A stretch of 64,000 bases of DNA, from the NCBI GenBank assembly GCA_045532975.1, contig JAZSGX010000057.1, positions 3,223-67,222 on the forward strand, given 5' to 3'. Below the pieces are notes generated by a model. The model worked only from the letters and a program-made list of their open reading frames with translations, was not told where the DNA came from and made no database searches. Position numbers and translations under genes: made by a program. Source of the stretch: Eubacteriales bacterium (lineage in GTDB: Bacteria > Bacillota > Clostridia > Oscillospirales > CAG-272). Positions 8,672 through 17,855 of the stretch are shown here, in pieces; the stretch's first letter is position 1; each line of letters begins with the position of its first letter.

Positions 8672-9930
8672 AGTATTTCTCCTAAAACATCATAGTTCAT
8701 CCAAAGCACGGTGTATCTATCCTTTAAATCCTTTGCATATTTGATGGCAGTCTTGATTTTTTCTTCACCGTAAAGGGAGTAAAATTCATCCAAATCAAGC
8801 TCTACCAAGTCAAGCATTTCCTTGATTTCCTCTGCCTTTGGCATCTTTGCAAGAATTTCCTTGATTTCTTGAGATTTCAAATTATAGACACTGCCCCTGT
8901 CCTTTTTGTATGTACCAAGCTTATCCTGTAAAGCGACACATCCGTCTCCAACCACACCGTAGGCATCCTTTATATCCTTCTCATACTCCTCACGATTAGG
9001 TATAAACTGAGTACCGTTATAGTCGGTTTTCAAAAGCTTTTCTCTTATTTGAGCAGTTATATAGGTCGAATAGAATACGTCTATACCGTGGGCAAAATAA
9101 GGCTCGTTTTTTACAATACCCGTAATCTCAAAGAAGTGGGACAAGTGATGCTCACTGCCAGAGGCGGGGCGGGAGCTTGTAGCGAAGCTCATCATAATAC
9201 CCACAATCATCAGCGCCTCGGTAACAGCCTTAACGCTTTCCTCATCACGGTTTAAAAGTCCCTTTGCGGTTTTCAAGGTTTTTTCAATCATTTCATAGGT
9301 AACATTATATATGTAGTCACAGAAATATTCATCATTTACAGCCTTTGCAAGCTTCCAATCGTTAAGTGCGGAATATTTGCCGATAATGTCACCAAAGCCT
9401 GCCTTTATCATTTCCATAGGCGCATTTCTCAAAACCTCGGTATCAGCCACAATAGCCCTTGGCAAGCCTGCGGGCACGGTTTCCTTCATACCCTTTAAAA
9501 TCATAGCCGCACCGCTTGAAGCATAACCGTCCATAGAGGGAGCGGTTGCAACAACCATATATGGAATTTTGTTAAAATGCGACACATATTTGCAAAGGTC
9601 CTGTATAACTCCTGAGCCAATTCCAACAATTAATTCTTGACCCTGTGTCTGTTTTTCTACCTCGCAAATAGCTTTTTCATCAGGAATGAGTATGTTTTTT
9701 CCGCTAAATACAACTCTTGTTAGACATTTGCCTAACAACGCCTTTTCCGTTTGCTCGCCTGCGGCAGAATAGGTATTCTCGTCGGCAACTATTAAAATTC
9801 GGTTGTACTCCTTACATAGCTCTGAAAGATGAGAGATAGCATCCCTTTCAACATATATTTTTTCAATAGGACACGAGTGATGTCTGCCGCATTTACAGTC
9901 AATGCCCCTTAAAATTTCATTAATGTTCAT
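8668..9930 (-). CDS. Iron-containing alcohol dehydrogenase superfamily protein, sn-glycerol-1-phosphate dehydrogenase (AraM/EgsA)-like
   Basis: 420 aa, with the Gly-rich nucleotide loop GIGSGVIQDLCKY, an N-terminal CKCGRHH motif, and the SGSEHHLSH metal-site region. Confidence 0.6.
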   Translation of the reverse strand: MNINEILRGIDCKCGRHHSCPIEKIYVERDAISHLSELCKEYNRILIVADENTYSAAGEQTEKALLGKCLTRVVFSGKNILIPDEKAICEVEKQTQGQELIVGIGSGVIQDLCKYVSHFNKIPYMVVATAPSMDGYASSGAAMILKGMKETVPAGLPRAIVADTEVLRNAPMEMIKAGFGDIIGKYSALNDWKLAKAVNDEYFCDYIYNVTYEMIEKTLKTAKGLLNRDEESVKAVTEALMIVGIMMSFATSSRPASGSEHHLSHFFEITGIVKNEPYFAHGIDVFYSTYITAQIREKLLKTDYNGTQFIPNREEYEKDIKDAYGVVGDGCVALQDKLGTYKKDRGSVYNLKSQEIKEILAKMPKAEEIKEMLDLVELDLDEFYSLYGEEKIKTAIKYAKDLKDRYTVLWMNYDVLGEIL

Positions 9931-10030
9931 AACTAACGCTCCTTACAGGTATTTATTATATTATACAATAATATCTTGATTAAAGCAATAGCTTGTGTTA
10001 CAATAGCAAAAAAATTATGGAGAGTAAAAT

Positions 10031-10153
10031 TGAAGCGCTATATTGGGGTGCAGTTCCATCCTGAGCGAATGTGCCTTGATAATGCAAGAAGCGACACTGT
10101 CGACGGAATTAAAATTTTTGAATATTTTATAGAATTATGTAAAAGAAGGTAGT
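10031..10153 (+). pseudogene. C-terminal remnant (~40 codons) of a class-I glutamine amidotransferase / peptidase C26
   Basis: Translation is LKRYIGVQFHPERMCLDNARSDTVDGIKIFEYFIELCKRR*. It carries the GATase GVQFHPE His-Glu motif but has no upstream Cys-nucleophile domain. Confidence 0.5.
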
Positions 10154-10172
10154 CGCAATCTACCTTCTTTTC
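10145..10172 (+). terminator. Stem-loop after the GATase remnant
   Basis: Stem agaaggtag/ctaccttct with loop tcgcaat, followed by only a short T-run. Confidence 0.45.
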
Positions 10173-10218
10173 ATATATTGATAAAGGAGAGTTATTCTCC
10201 AAGAAAGGAATTATTCCA

Positions 10219-11055
10219 ATGGCTCAATTTACAAACCAGGCACAAATTACCTACGGTAACGTTGTTGCCAACTCGAATATTGCGGTTGGTGAGATTATCT
10301 CCTCATTATCCGCCACAAAGACAGCTATCAGAGAGACCTACAATCAAGGCTCAGACATCACCTATATTATCAATATAGTTAATGCGGGTGCTAATCTGCT
10401 TTCGAATTTAACTGTCAATGACAATTTAGGCGCATATACCTTTGGCACAGGCACGCTTGTTCCTCTTGATTATATAGACGGAACGCTCCGCTTTTTTGTA
10501 AACGGAATTTTACAGCCCACCCCCACAATTGATACAACAAACGGTTTAACCATAACGGGCATTTCCGTCCCTGCCGGCGGCACTGCTCTTTTGGTTTATG
10601 AGGCTAATGTAAACCGCTTTGCTCCTATCGGTGAAGGCGGCACTATTACAAACGAGGTTGTTATCACAGGTGACTGCGGCAATGTAGTAGCTACCGAAAC
10701 GGTGACTGCTCTTACAGAGGCACAGATAACAATTACCAAGTCAGTATCTCCCGTGCCTGTTGCCTGTGGCGATACCGTCACCTACACCTTCCTCCTCCAA
10801 AACTACGGTGCTACACCTTTAAATGCAACAGACAACGCTGTTGTAAGCGACATTTTCAATCCTGTGCTTAGTAACGTTACCGCATCCCTTAACGGTGTTG
10901 CGGTTTTATTCACCTATGATGAAACAACAGGTGAGTTTGCAACCACCCCCGGCGCAGTTACGGTCCCTGCCGCAACAATTACTCAAGACCCTATAACAGG
11001 CGCGTGGACAGTTACTCCCGGCGCTTCAACTCTTATCGTATCCGGTACAATCTAA
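10219..11055 (+). CDS. Leaderless two-domain beta-sandwich protein (DUF11 / 'conserved repeat domain'-like)
   Basis: 278 aa, rich in Thr/Val/Asn/Gly and with no signal peptide. The N-terminus is MAQFTNQAQITYGNVVANSNI, and there are two similar halves (..ITYIINIVNAG.. and ..VTYTFLLQNYG..). A strong terminator follows. Confidence 0.65.
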   Translation: MAQFTNQAQITYGNVVANSNIAVGEIISSLSATKTAIRETYNQGSDITYIINIVNAGANLLSNLTVNDNLGAYTFGTGTLVPLDYIDGTLRFFVNGILQPTPTIDTTNGLTITGISVPAGGTALLVYEANVNRFAPIGEGGTITNEVVITGDCGNVVATETVTALTEAQITITKSVSPVPVACGDTVTYTFLLQNYGATPLNATDNAVVSDIFNPVLSNVTASLNGVAVLFTYDETTGEFATTPGAVTVPAATITQDPITGAWTVTPGASTLIVSGTI

Positions 11056-11057
11056 CG

Positions 11058-11085
11058 AAAAAACGGTGGGATTTCCCACCGTTTT
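11058..11085. terminator. Bidirectional rho-independent terminator between convergent genes
   Basis: Stem acggtggga/tcccaccgt, flanked by an A-run and a T-run. Confidence 0.75.
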
Positions 11086-11088
11086 CTA

Positions 11089-11919
11089 TTAAAATTCAAT
11101 TTGTTCTCTTGCAGAAACTTTGTATGTTTTTCCACCACGGCAGAGCCACAAGTCAAGTCCGCTTGGATTGTACACCATTTGTCTGTCAACGGAATATTCA
11201 AGGCTTCTGTATGCTTCTATATAGTCGTATATTTCAATGTTGGTAGCATACCAAACGTCGTCACGGTTAGAGAGGTAGGCGCAAAGCTTTTCCATCCTTG
11301 CCCAATCCTCCTCTGTGCGATATTCATAGGAGTGACCCCAGATATAGAAAAGCCAACCGTGGGTGCTTCTCCAATCCGCAATTGCATTCTGCTCTACAAA
11401 GGTTTTTGCAATATCAAACGCCTTTTCGTCTGCTTGGTGACAGGTAGCAGGCATTTCAAGCCATTTTGTTGGCAACGCAAAGCCGTGGTGAGAATGTACT
11501 CCGCGAGAATATTTAATACCCAAATCCTTTGCAATTCTTATAACATCGTCGTTATAAGTGCCGAAGGGGTAAGCCATACCGCGCACAACGTAGCCTGTAT
11601 ATTTTTCCAAGGTACGCTTGTCATCAAAAATTTCAACGGCTATTTCGGACGTTGTCATTTTCTCAAGAAATGGGTGGTTGGCTGTATGTACTGCAACCTC
11701 ATGTCCTTCATAAACCTCGGGAATTTGAGATAGTGCAACCTTAGAGCTTTTCTCATTTGGTTCCTCTGCCATAAAACCGCTATTCAAATTAAATGTAGAT
11801 TTCAAGCCATATTTGTTAAATAGCTGGCAAAGACGAATGTCATTCTTTTCACCGTCGTCATAGCTAAAGGTGAGCGCTTTTGTCTTTCCCTCGGGAAATA
11901 GCATAATATCGTTATTCAT
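11089..11919 (-). CDS. Polysaccharide deacetylase (NodB-homology, CE4)
   Basis: Motifs TFSYDDG, HTANHPF and YPFG. I moved the start to the ATG at 11919 (MNNDIMLF..), which is preceded by AAGGAG; the longer ORF would overlap tgt. Confidence 0.8.
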   Translation of the reverse strand: MNNDIMLFPEGKTKALTFSYDDGEKNDIRLCQLFNKYGLKSTFNLNSGFMAEEPNEKSSKVALSQIPEVYEGHEVAVHTANHPFLEKMTTSEIAVEIFDDKRTLEKYTGYVVRGMAYPFGTYNDDVIRIAKDLGIKYSRGVHSHHGFALPTKWLEMPATCHQADEKAFDIAKTFVEQNAIADWRSTHGWLFYIWGHSYEYRTEEDWARMEKLCAYLSNRDDVWYATNIEIYDYIEAYRSLEYSVDRQMVYNPSGLDLWLCRGGKTYKVSAREQIEF

Positions 11920-11944
11920 AATCAATCTCCTTATTTGCTTAATC

Positions 11945-13081
11945 TCAATCGGGATTTCTTTCACCCAAAATATTTCTGTACTTTTGATAGAAGGACTCGA
12001 AGTAATCCTTATCCATAGCTTCTCTTATCTTTTCCATAAGGTCATTATAGAAATACAAATTATGAAGCACGCAAAGGCGCATACCAAGTGCCTCCTTTGC
12101 CTTCAAAAGATGCCTTATATAAGCGCGTGAATAGTCACGGCAGGCAGGACATCCGCAGCCCTCTTCGATTGGACGGGCGTCTGCTATATACTTTTCGTTC
12201 ATTATGTTCATCTTACCGTTCCAAGTGAACAAATTACCATGACGGGCATTACGGGATGGCATAACACAGTCAAAGAAATCTATACCTCTGTGCACAGCCT
12301 CCAAGATGTTACAGGGAGTGCCAACGCCCATTAGGTACCTTGGCTTTTCCTTTGGCATATGAGGCTCAACAACGTCAATTATGCGGTACATATCCTCTGT
12401 TGCCTCGCCAACCGCTAAGCCGCCTATTGCGTATCCGTCCAAGTCAAGCTCCGCTATCTCTTTCATATGCTCTACACGCAAATCCTCGTAGGTGCTACCC
12501 TGGTTAATACCGAAAAGAAGCTGATTTTTGTTTATTGTCGTTGGCAAGGAATTAAGTCTTTTCATTTCATTCTTGCAACGAACAAGCCATCTGACAGTTC
12601 TGTCACAGGATGCCTTTGTATATTCGTATGGAGCAGGATTTTCAATACACTCGTCAAATGCCATAGCAATAGTTGAGGCTAAATTTGACTGAATTTGCAT
12701 TGATTCCTCAGGTCCCATAAAAATGCGCTTACCGTCAATATGAGAAGCGAAATAAACGCCCTCCTCCTTGATTTTGCGTAGCTGTGCCAAGGAGAACACC
12801 TGAAATCCTCCGCTATCCGTCAAAACAGGCTTATCCCAATTGAAAAACTTGTGTATTCCGCCTAAGTCGTGAATTAGCTTGTCACCCGGGCGAATATGCA
12901 AATGGTAGGTGTTGGAAAGCTCCACCTGGCATTTTAAATCCTTTAAATCCGTTGTGGAAATACCGCCCTTAATTGCGGCACATGTACCAACGTTCATAAA
13001 CACAGGGGTTTGTATTGTACCGTGAACAGTTTCCATAACGCCACGCCTTGCGCGACCATCTGTTTTTAAAACCTTGAACAT
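11945..13081 (-). CDS. tgt: Queuine tRNA-ribosyltransferase
   Basis: Motifs TDSGGFQ and GLAVGE, plus the zinc site CGCPACRDYSRAYIRHL. Confidence 0.95.
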   Translation of the reverse strand: MFKVLKTDGRARRGVMETVHGTIQTPVFMNVGTCAAIKGGISTTDLKDLKCQVELSNTYHLHIRPGDKLIHDLGGIHKFFNWDKPVLTDSGGFQVFSLAQLRKIKEEGVYFASHIDGKRIFMGPEESMQIQSNLASTIAMAFDECIENPAPYEYTKASCDRTVRWLVRCKNEMKRLNSLPTTINKNQLLFGINQGSTYEDLRVEHMKEIAELDLDGYAIGGLAVGEATEDMYRIIDVVEPHMPKEKPRYLMGVGTPCNILEAVHRGIDFFDCVMPSRNARHGNLFTWNGKMNIMNEKYIADARPIEEGCGCPACRDYSRAYIRHLLKAKEALGMRLCVLHNLYFYNDLMEKIREAMDKDYFESFYQKYRNILGERNPD

Positions 13082-13084
13082 TAA

Positions 13085-15061
13085 TCATTTTATCCTTTCA
13101 AATTGCTTTTCCAAAAAATGCTTTGTTATCTCAAAGGCGACGGGTCTGCCGTGGGGACAATACTTTATATTATCAAGAGTTAGCACCTTGTCACATATCC
13201 ACTTGACATGCTCTCTGTCGTAGGCTCTGCCTGCCTTTATTGCAGCTTTACAGGATGCTTGATAAAGGGCCTTTTCAAAAAACTCGTATCTTGTGCTTTG
13301 ACCAAAGCCCTCTCCCTTGACAAGTCTTGACACAAGGGTAGCAAAGGCATCGGTAGCGCCCGATATTTCAATCTCCGAGGGGATTTCAAAAATCGAAACG
13401 GTTTTATCGTTCAAATCATAGCCAAAGCCTGTTTTCTTAATTTCGTCACCGTACTCGTGCAAAGCCACAAGCTCCTCATTGTTAAGTCTTACAGTTAACG
13501 GTAGCATCAGCATTTGGGATGAGGGACTCTCGCTTTTGAGCTTTTTCTTCAAATCCTCAAATATAATTCTTTCGTGGGCGGCGTGCTTGTCAATTAAATA
13601 CATAATATCGCCAAGCTCCACTATAACGTAAGAATTGAATGCCTCTCCGATTATTTTGTAATCGGGGACGACTGTTTTTATTTCCTGTTCCGCTTCCTTT
13701 GTCGCTTCATTTACAGTTTCCTTTGAAGCTATCTCAACAGAAGAAAAGGGTGCGCTCTCTATTTTGACATTTTCAATCTTAGGCTCTGCTTTTTTGGGGA
13801 AGCTTAAAGAGAAAACGTCGTCATTTGCGTATTTCTCGTCCGTCTTTGCAATTTGAGCTATTGGGGTTGCTTTTTGTTCAGCTTTCAAGTCAGAATAGTC
13901 AAGAGTGTTATTTTGTCTTAGTGTGCCAAAATTACTGTTAGTATCAAACACAACCCTTTGCGGCTTAGGTGACTCCACGCTCCTATCCTTTACAGGGAAG
14001 GCAAGATTTAAAAGCTCCTTGCCCTTTTCAAGGGTTACCACCTCGGGCTCGTTATACAGGCTCGGTCTTTGTATGCCACCGTCAAGAGCAGTGCGTACCG
14101 CATAATATACCGCGTCAAAAATTAACTTTTCGTTGGAAAACTTAACCTCTAATTTTGCAGGATGCACGTTAACATCAACGGTTGACGGGTCTATTACAAT
14201 ATTTAAAACGCAAAATGGAAATTTGCCCTGGGGTATGTACGAAGCATAAGCTTGCTCTATTGCCGCTTGGGCTGTCTTGCTCTTTACAAATCGTGAATTT
14301 ATATAGAAATTCTCCTGTGTTCTGTATGCGCTTGCATACTCGGGAGTGGAGATAAAGCCCTCCACCTTAACGCCGCTATCCTCACGCTCTACCCTTATGG
14401 TTTTCTTAGCGGTATCTCTGCCCAAAATTGCGTAAACCGCGTTTTGAAGGTTGCCATCCCCTTGGGTAAGGTATTTTAAAGTACCGTCGGCTATGTATCT
14501 AAATGAAATGTCGGGACGGGAAAGAGCCACCTTTTCAACAACTGCACTCACCGCACTTGTTTCGGCTCTGTCCGACTTTAAGAATTTTTTTCTTGCAGGC
14601 ACGTTAAAGAAAATGTCCTCAACAATAACAGTTGTACCCTCTCCGCAGCCCGAATATATGTGGCTCTTTATTTCTCCACCATGTGCTTCAAGAGTTGCGC
14701 CCATTTCACTATTTCTTTGCTTTGACATAATTCTGATTTTGGAAACGGATGAAATAGCGGCTAAGGCTTCACCACGGAAGCCAAGGGTCATAATCTCGTT
14801 CAAATCGTCTGCATTTTTGATTTTACTTGTTGCGTGACGTAAAATAGCAATAGGTAAATCCTCATAGGACATACCTGAGCCATTGTCCGCAATTCTTATA
14901 AAGGAGGTGCCACCGTTTTTAATCTCAACGGTTATCTTTGTCGCCCCTGCGTCAATGGCGTTTTCCAAAAGCTCCTTAACAACAGAGGATGGGCGGTCAA
15001 CAACCTCGCCTGCGGCTATTAAGTTTGCAACGTCGAAACCAAGTACATTGATAACACCCAT
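13085..15061 (-). CDS. mutL: DNA mismatch repair protein MutL
   Basis: Motifs VVKELLENAIDAG and GFRGEAL, plus a C-terminal dimerisation domain. The gene follows mutS. Confidence 0.95.
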   Translation of the reverse strand: MGVINVLGFDVANLIAAGEVVDRPSSVVKELLENAIDAGATKITVEIKNGGTSFIRIADNGSGMSYEDLPIAILRHATSKIKNADDLNEIMTLGFRGEALAAISSVSKIRIMSKQRNSEMGATLEAHGGEIKSHIYSGCGEGTTVIVEDIFFNVPARKKFLKSDRAETSAVSAVVEKVALSRPDISFRYIADGTLKYLTQGDGNLQNAVYAILGRDTAKKTIRVEREDSGVKVEGFISTPEYASAYRTQENFYINSRFVKSKTAQAAIEQAYASYIPQGKFPFCVLNIVIDPSTVDVNVHPAKLEVKFSNEKLIFDAVYYAVRTALDGGIQRPSLYNEPEVVTLEKGKELLNLAFPVKDRSVESPKPQRVVFDTNSNFGTLRQNNTLDYSDLKAEQKATPIAQIAKTDEKYANDDVFSLSFPKKAEPKIENVKIESAPFSSVEIASKETVNEATKEAEQEIKTVVPDYKIIGEAFNSYVIVELGDIMYLIDKHAAHERIIFEDLKKKLKSESPSSQMLMLPLTVRLNNEELVALHEYGDEIKKTGFGYDLNDKTVSIFEIPSEIEISGATDAFATLVSRLVKGEGFGQSTRYEFFEKALYQASCKAAIKAGRAYDREHVKWICDKVLTLDNIKYCPHGRPVAFEITKHFLEKQFERIK

Positions 15062-15227
15062 AAAATTTCTCCTTTTCTAATAATTCTTTACTGAGAGCTA
15101 TACACTCTCCTCATCCACCGCTTACAAAGCTTGGATGTATTTGGAATATGGGCGTTTGCGGTCCCCCTTCCCCGCTGGGGAAGGCTGATGCACATTAATT
15201 ACACCCATATCACTTCTCCTTTTCTGA
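15043..15227 (-). repeat. Diverged 38-bp direct repeat (15043-15080 and 15190-15227, offset 147 bp) duplicating the mutL RBS and first 6 codons, enclosing a hairpin-rich ~110-bp insert
   Basis: By hand alignment the two copies match at 31 of 38 positions, and both read GAAAAGGAGAA-N4-ATG GGT GTx ATx AAT GTx. The insert carries the hairpins ccttcccc-gctg-gggaagg and catcca...tggatg. Confidence 0.8.
15122..15208 (-). other. 28-codon upstream ORF created by the duplicated mutL start (MGVINVHQPSPAGKGDRKRPYSKYIQAL*)
   Basis: The ATG at 15208 has the same AAGGAGAA RBS as mutL. The stop is at 15122-15124. Confidence 0.3.
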
Positions 15228-15233
15228 CTAATT

Positions 15234-17819
15234 TTAGTTTAACAATTTTTTAAGCTCAAATATAAAATTCATTGCCTCGATTGGAGTCAGTGTATTTATA
15301 TCAACCCTTTTAATTCTGTCTGCCGCCTCGTAAATGCTCATATCCTCAAAGGACATTGTTGCATTTATCTGTGGCTCGCTTACCTTTTTGGTTGGCTTGG
15401 CTTCAACAAATCCGTTTTCCACCATCTCGTTTAACACGGTCTTTGCCCGCTTTACAACCTCGTTAGGCACACCTGCAAGCTTTGCCACCTCTATACCGTA
15501 GCTATCATCTGTTGGCCCCTTTACTATCTTGCGAAGGAAAATAATGTCCTCACCGCGCTTTTTAGCGGCTATATTGTAGTTTACTATTCCCGTAACCTCT
15601 TCCTCAAGGGAGGTAAGCTCGTGGTAGTGGGTAGCAAACATAGATTTAGCTCCTATTTTTTTGCCTGCGGTATATTCCGCAATGGCGCGGGCTATGCTCA
15701 TACCGTCAAAGGTTGACGTACCTCTGCCCACCTCATCATAAATAATAAAGCTCTTTTTGGTTGCGTTGTTTAAGATATATGCAACCTCAGTCATTTCAAG
15801 CATAAAGGTTGACTGACCCGACGCTAAATCGTCAGATGCGCCAACACGGGTAAAGAGCTTATCAACAACACCGACCCTTGCCTCCCTGGCGGGAACAAAG
15901 GAGCCGATTTGCGCCATCAAAACAATCAAGGCGCTTTGACGCATATAGGTTGACTTACCTGCCATATTAGGTCCTGTGATAAGCGCCATTTTGTCCGTGG
16001 TTGTGTTCAAATAGGTATCGTTTGGTACAAAATAGCTGTCCTTAACAAATTGCTCAACAACAGGATGCCTTCCATCCTTAATTTCCAAAACGTCACTATA
16101 ATCAACCTCAGGGCAAACGTAGTTATTTTTAATAGCTACTTCAGCTAAAGAAACGTACACGTCCAAGCGCGCCAACATATTTGCGCTTTTTTGGATGCGC
16201 TTTAGGTTGTCAGCCACCTGTGTGCGGAGCTGACAGAAAAGTTCGTATTCCAATGCACAAAGCTTTTCGTTTGCGCCTAAAACCGCAGATTCCATTTCCT
16301 TTAATTCCTCTGTGATGTATCTTTCACAGTTGGAAAGGGTCTGCTTTCTTATATATCTTTCAGGAACCTGACCAATTAAGGACTTTGTAACCTCAATATA
16401 GTAGCCAAACACACGGTTATAGCCTATTTTTAAGGTTTTAATGCCTGTCCTTTCCTTTTCAGTTTCCTCTATTTTCGTAATCCATCCTCGGCCATCCGAC
16501 ATAATAGTACGAAGCTTGTCAATATCCTCGCTAAAGCCGTCCTTTATAAATCCGCCCTCGCGAATTGAGAAGGGTGGCAAATCCACTATCATACTGTCGA
16601 TTAAGGAGCAAATGTCCTCAAGCGTGTCGAGATTGTCTCTAATTGAATTAAGCTCGGGCACACCGACTGTAAAGAGAAGATTTTTAATTTCGGGAATAAC
16701 ACCAAGTGTTGATGCAATAGCGCGCATATCCTTACCGTTAGCGGTACCGTAAACCACCTTGGTCATAAGCCTTTCAAGGTCGAGTACACTCTTTAGCTGT
16801 TCACCGATTTCTCCTCTTAAAACGAGATTGTCGCAAAGGCAGGATACCGCCCTTTGACGCTCGTTTATCTTTTTAACGTCAAGTAACGGATGCTCAACGT
16901 AATTACGGAGCATACGTCCGCCCATTGACGTTTTTGTTTTGTCAAGCACCCAATAAAGGCTACCTCTCTTTTCCTTTGTGCGCATATTCTCACAAAGCTC
17001 TAAGTTGCGCCTTGTATTCAAGTCCATCTCCAAAAACTGCCCCTGCGCATAAACATCTATTGTGTTTATGTAGGAGATATCAGTTTTTTGGGTTTTTATT
17101 ATGTATTCAAGTATTGCGCCAACTGCGCAAACAAGACACTGATTTTCGGAATTTTTGTCTAAAAACTCCTTACCAAACTGGGTTAAAGCCTTTGCAGTTG
17201 CTCCTGCAAAGTCAAAGTATTCCTCTCTGCCAAGCTCACAAAGTGCGCCTAAGCGCTCCTTGGCAAAGGCATAAAGAAATTCCGCGTCCTCTTTTTCCAC
17301 ATTGGTTATGATTTCTCTTGGAGCATAGGTGCCAAGCTCATTTAGCACCTTTGCTTCCTCACTCGCAAATGAGGTTGCGCAAATTTCACCCGTGGAAATG
17401 TCCGCAAAGCAAACACCCACGTCGCCTCCCTCAAAATAGAGGGAGCAAAGATAGTTATTTTTGGTTTCTGAAAGCAAGGAGCTTTCAATAACAGTACCCG
17501 GGGTAATTTCCCTTACCACCTCGCGCTTAACAATGCCCTTGGCGGTTGCCGGGTCCTCAACCTGCTCGCAAATGGCAACCTTATAGCCCTTGGAAATAAG
17601 CTTGCCTATATATGGCTCAACGCTGTGAAAGGGAACGCCGCACATAGGCGCGCGCTCAGGCTCGCCGCAATCTCTACCCGTTAACGTAAGCTCAAGCTCT
17701 CTCGATGCTGTAAGAGCATCCTGAAAGAACATTTCATAAAAATCTCCGAGACGATAAAACAGTATAAAATCCTTATACTGCTCCTTTATCTCAAGATATT
17801 GTAACATCATAGATGTCAT
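15234..17819 (-). CDS. mutS: DNA mismatch repair protein MutS
   Basis: Walker A motif GPNMAGKST, plus DEVGRGTST, in a protein of 861 aa. Confidence 0.95.
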   Translation of the reverse strand: MTSMMLQYLEIKEQYKDFILFYRLGDFYEMFFQDALTASRELELTLTGRDCGEPERAPMCGVPFHSVEPYIGKLISKGYKVAICEQVEDPATAKGIVKREVVREITPGTVIESSLLSETKNNYLCSLYFEGGDVGVCFADISTGEICATSFASEEAKVLNELGTYAPREIITNVEKEDAEFLYAFAKERLGALCELGREEYFDFAGATAKALTQFGKEFLDKNSENQCLVCAVGAILEYIIKTQKTDISYINTIDVYAQGQFLEMDLNTRRNLELCENMRTKEKRGSLYWVLDKTKTSMGGRMLRNYVEHPLLDVKKINERQRAVSCLCDNLVLRGEIGEQLKSVLDLERLMTKVVYGTANGKDMRAIASTLGVIPEIKNLLFTVGVPELNSIRDNLDTLEDICSLIDSMIVDLPPFSIREGGFIKDGFSEDIDKLRTIMSDGRGWITKIEETEKERTGIKTLKIGYNRVFGYYIEVTKSLIGQVPERYIRKQTLSNCERYITEELKEMESAVLGANEKLCALEYELFCQLRTQVADNLKRIQKSANMLARLDVYVSLAEVAIKNNYVCPEVDYSDVLEIKDGRHPVVEQFVKDSYFVPNDTYLNTTTDKMALITGPNMAGKSTYMRQSALIVLMAQIGSFVPAREARVGVVDKLFTRVGASDDLASGQSTFMLEMTEVAYILNNATKKSFIIYDEVGRGTSTFDGMSIARAIAEYTAGKKIGAKSMFATHYHELTSLEEEVTGIVNYNIAAKKRGEDIIFLRKIVKGPTDDSYGIEVAKLAGVPNEVVKRAKTVLNEMVENGFVEAKPTKKVSEPQINATMSFEDMSIYEAADRIKRVDINTLTPIEAMNFIFELKKLLN

Positions 17820-17855
17820 ACTGTTTTCGCCTCCTCGATTATTAATAAATTTTAA

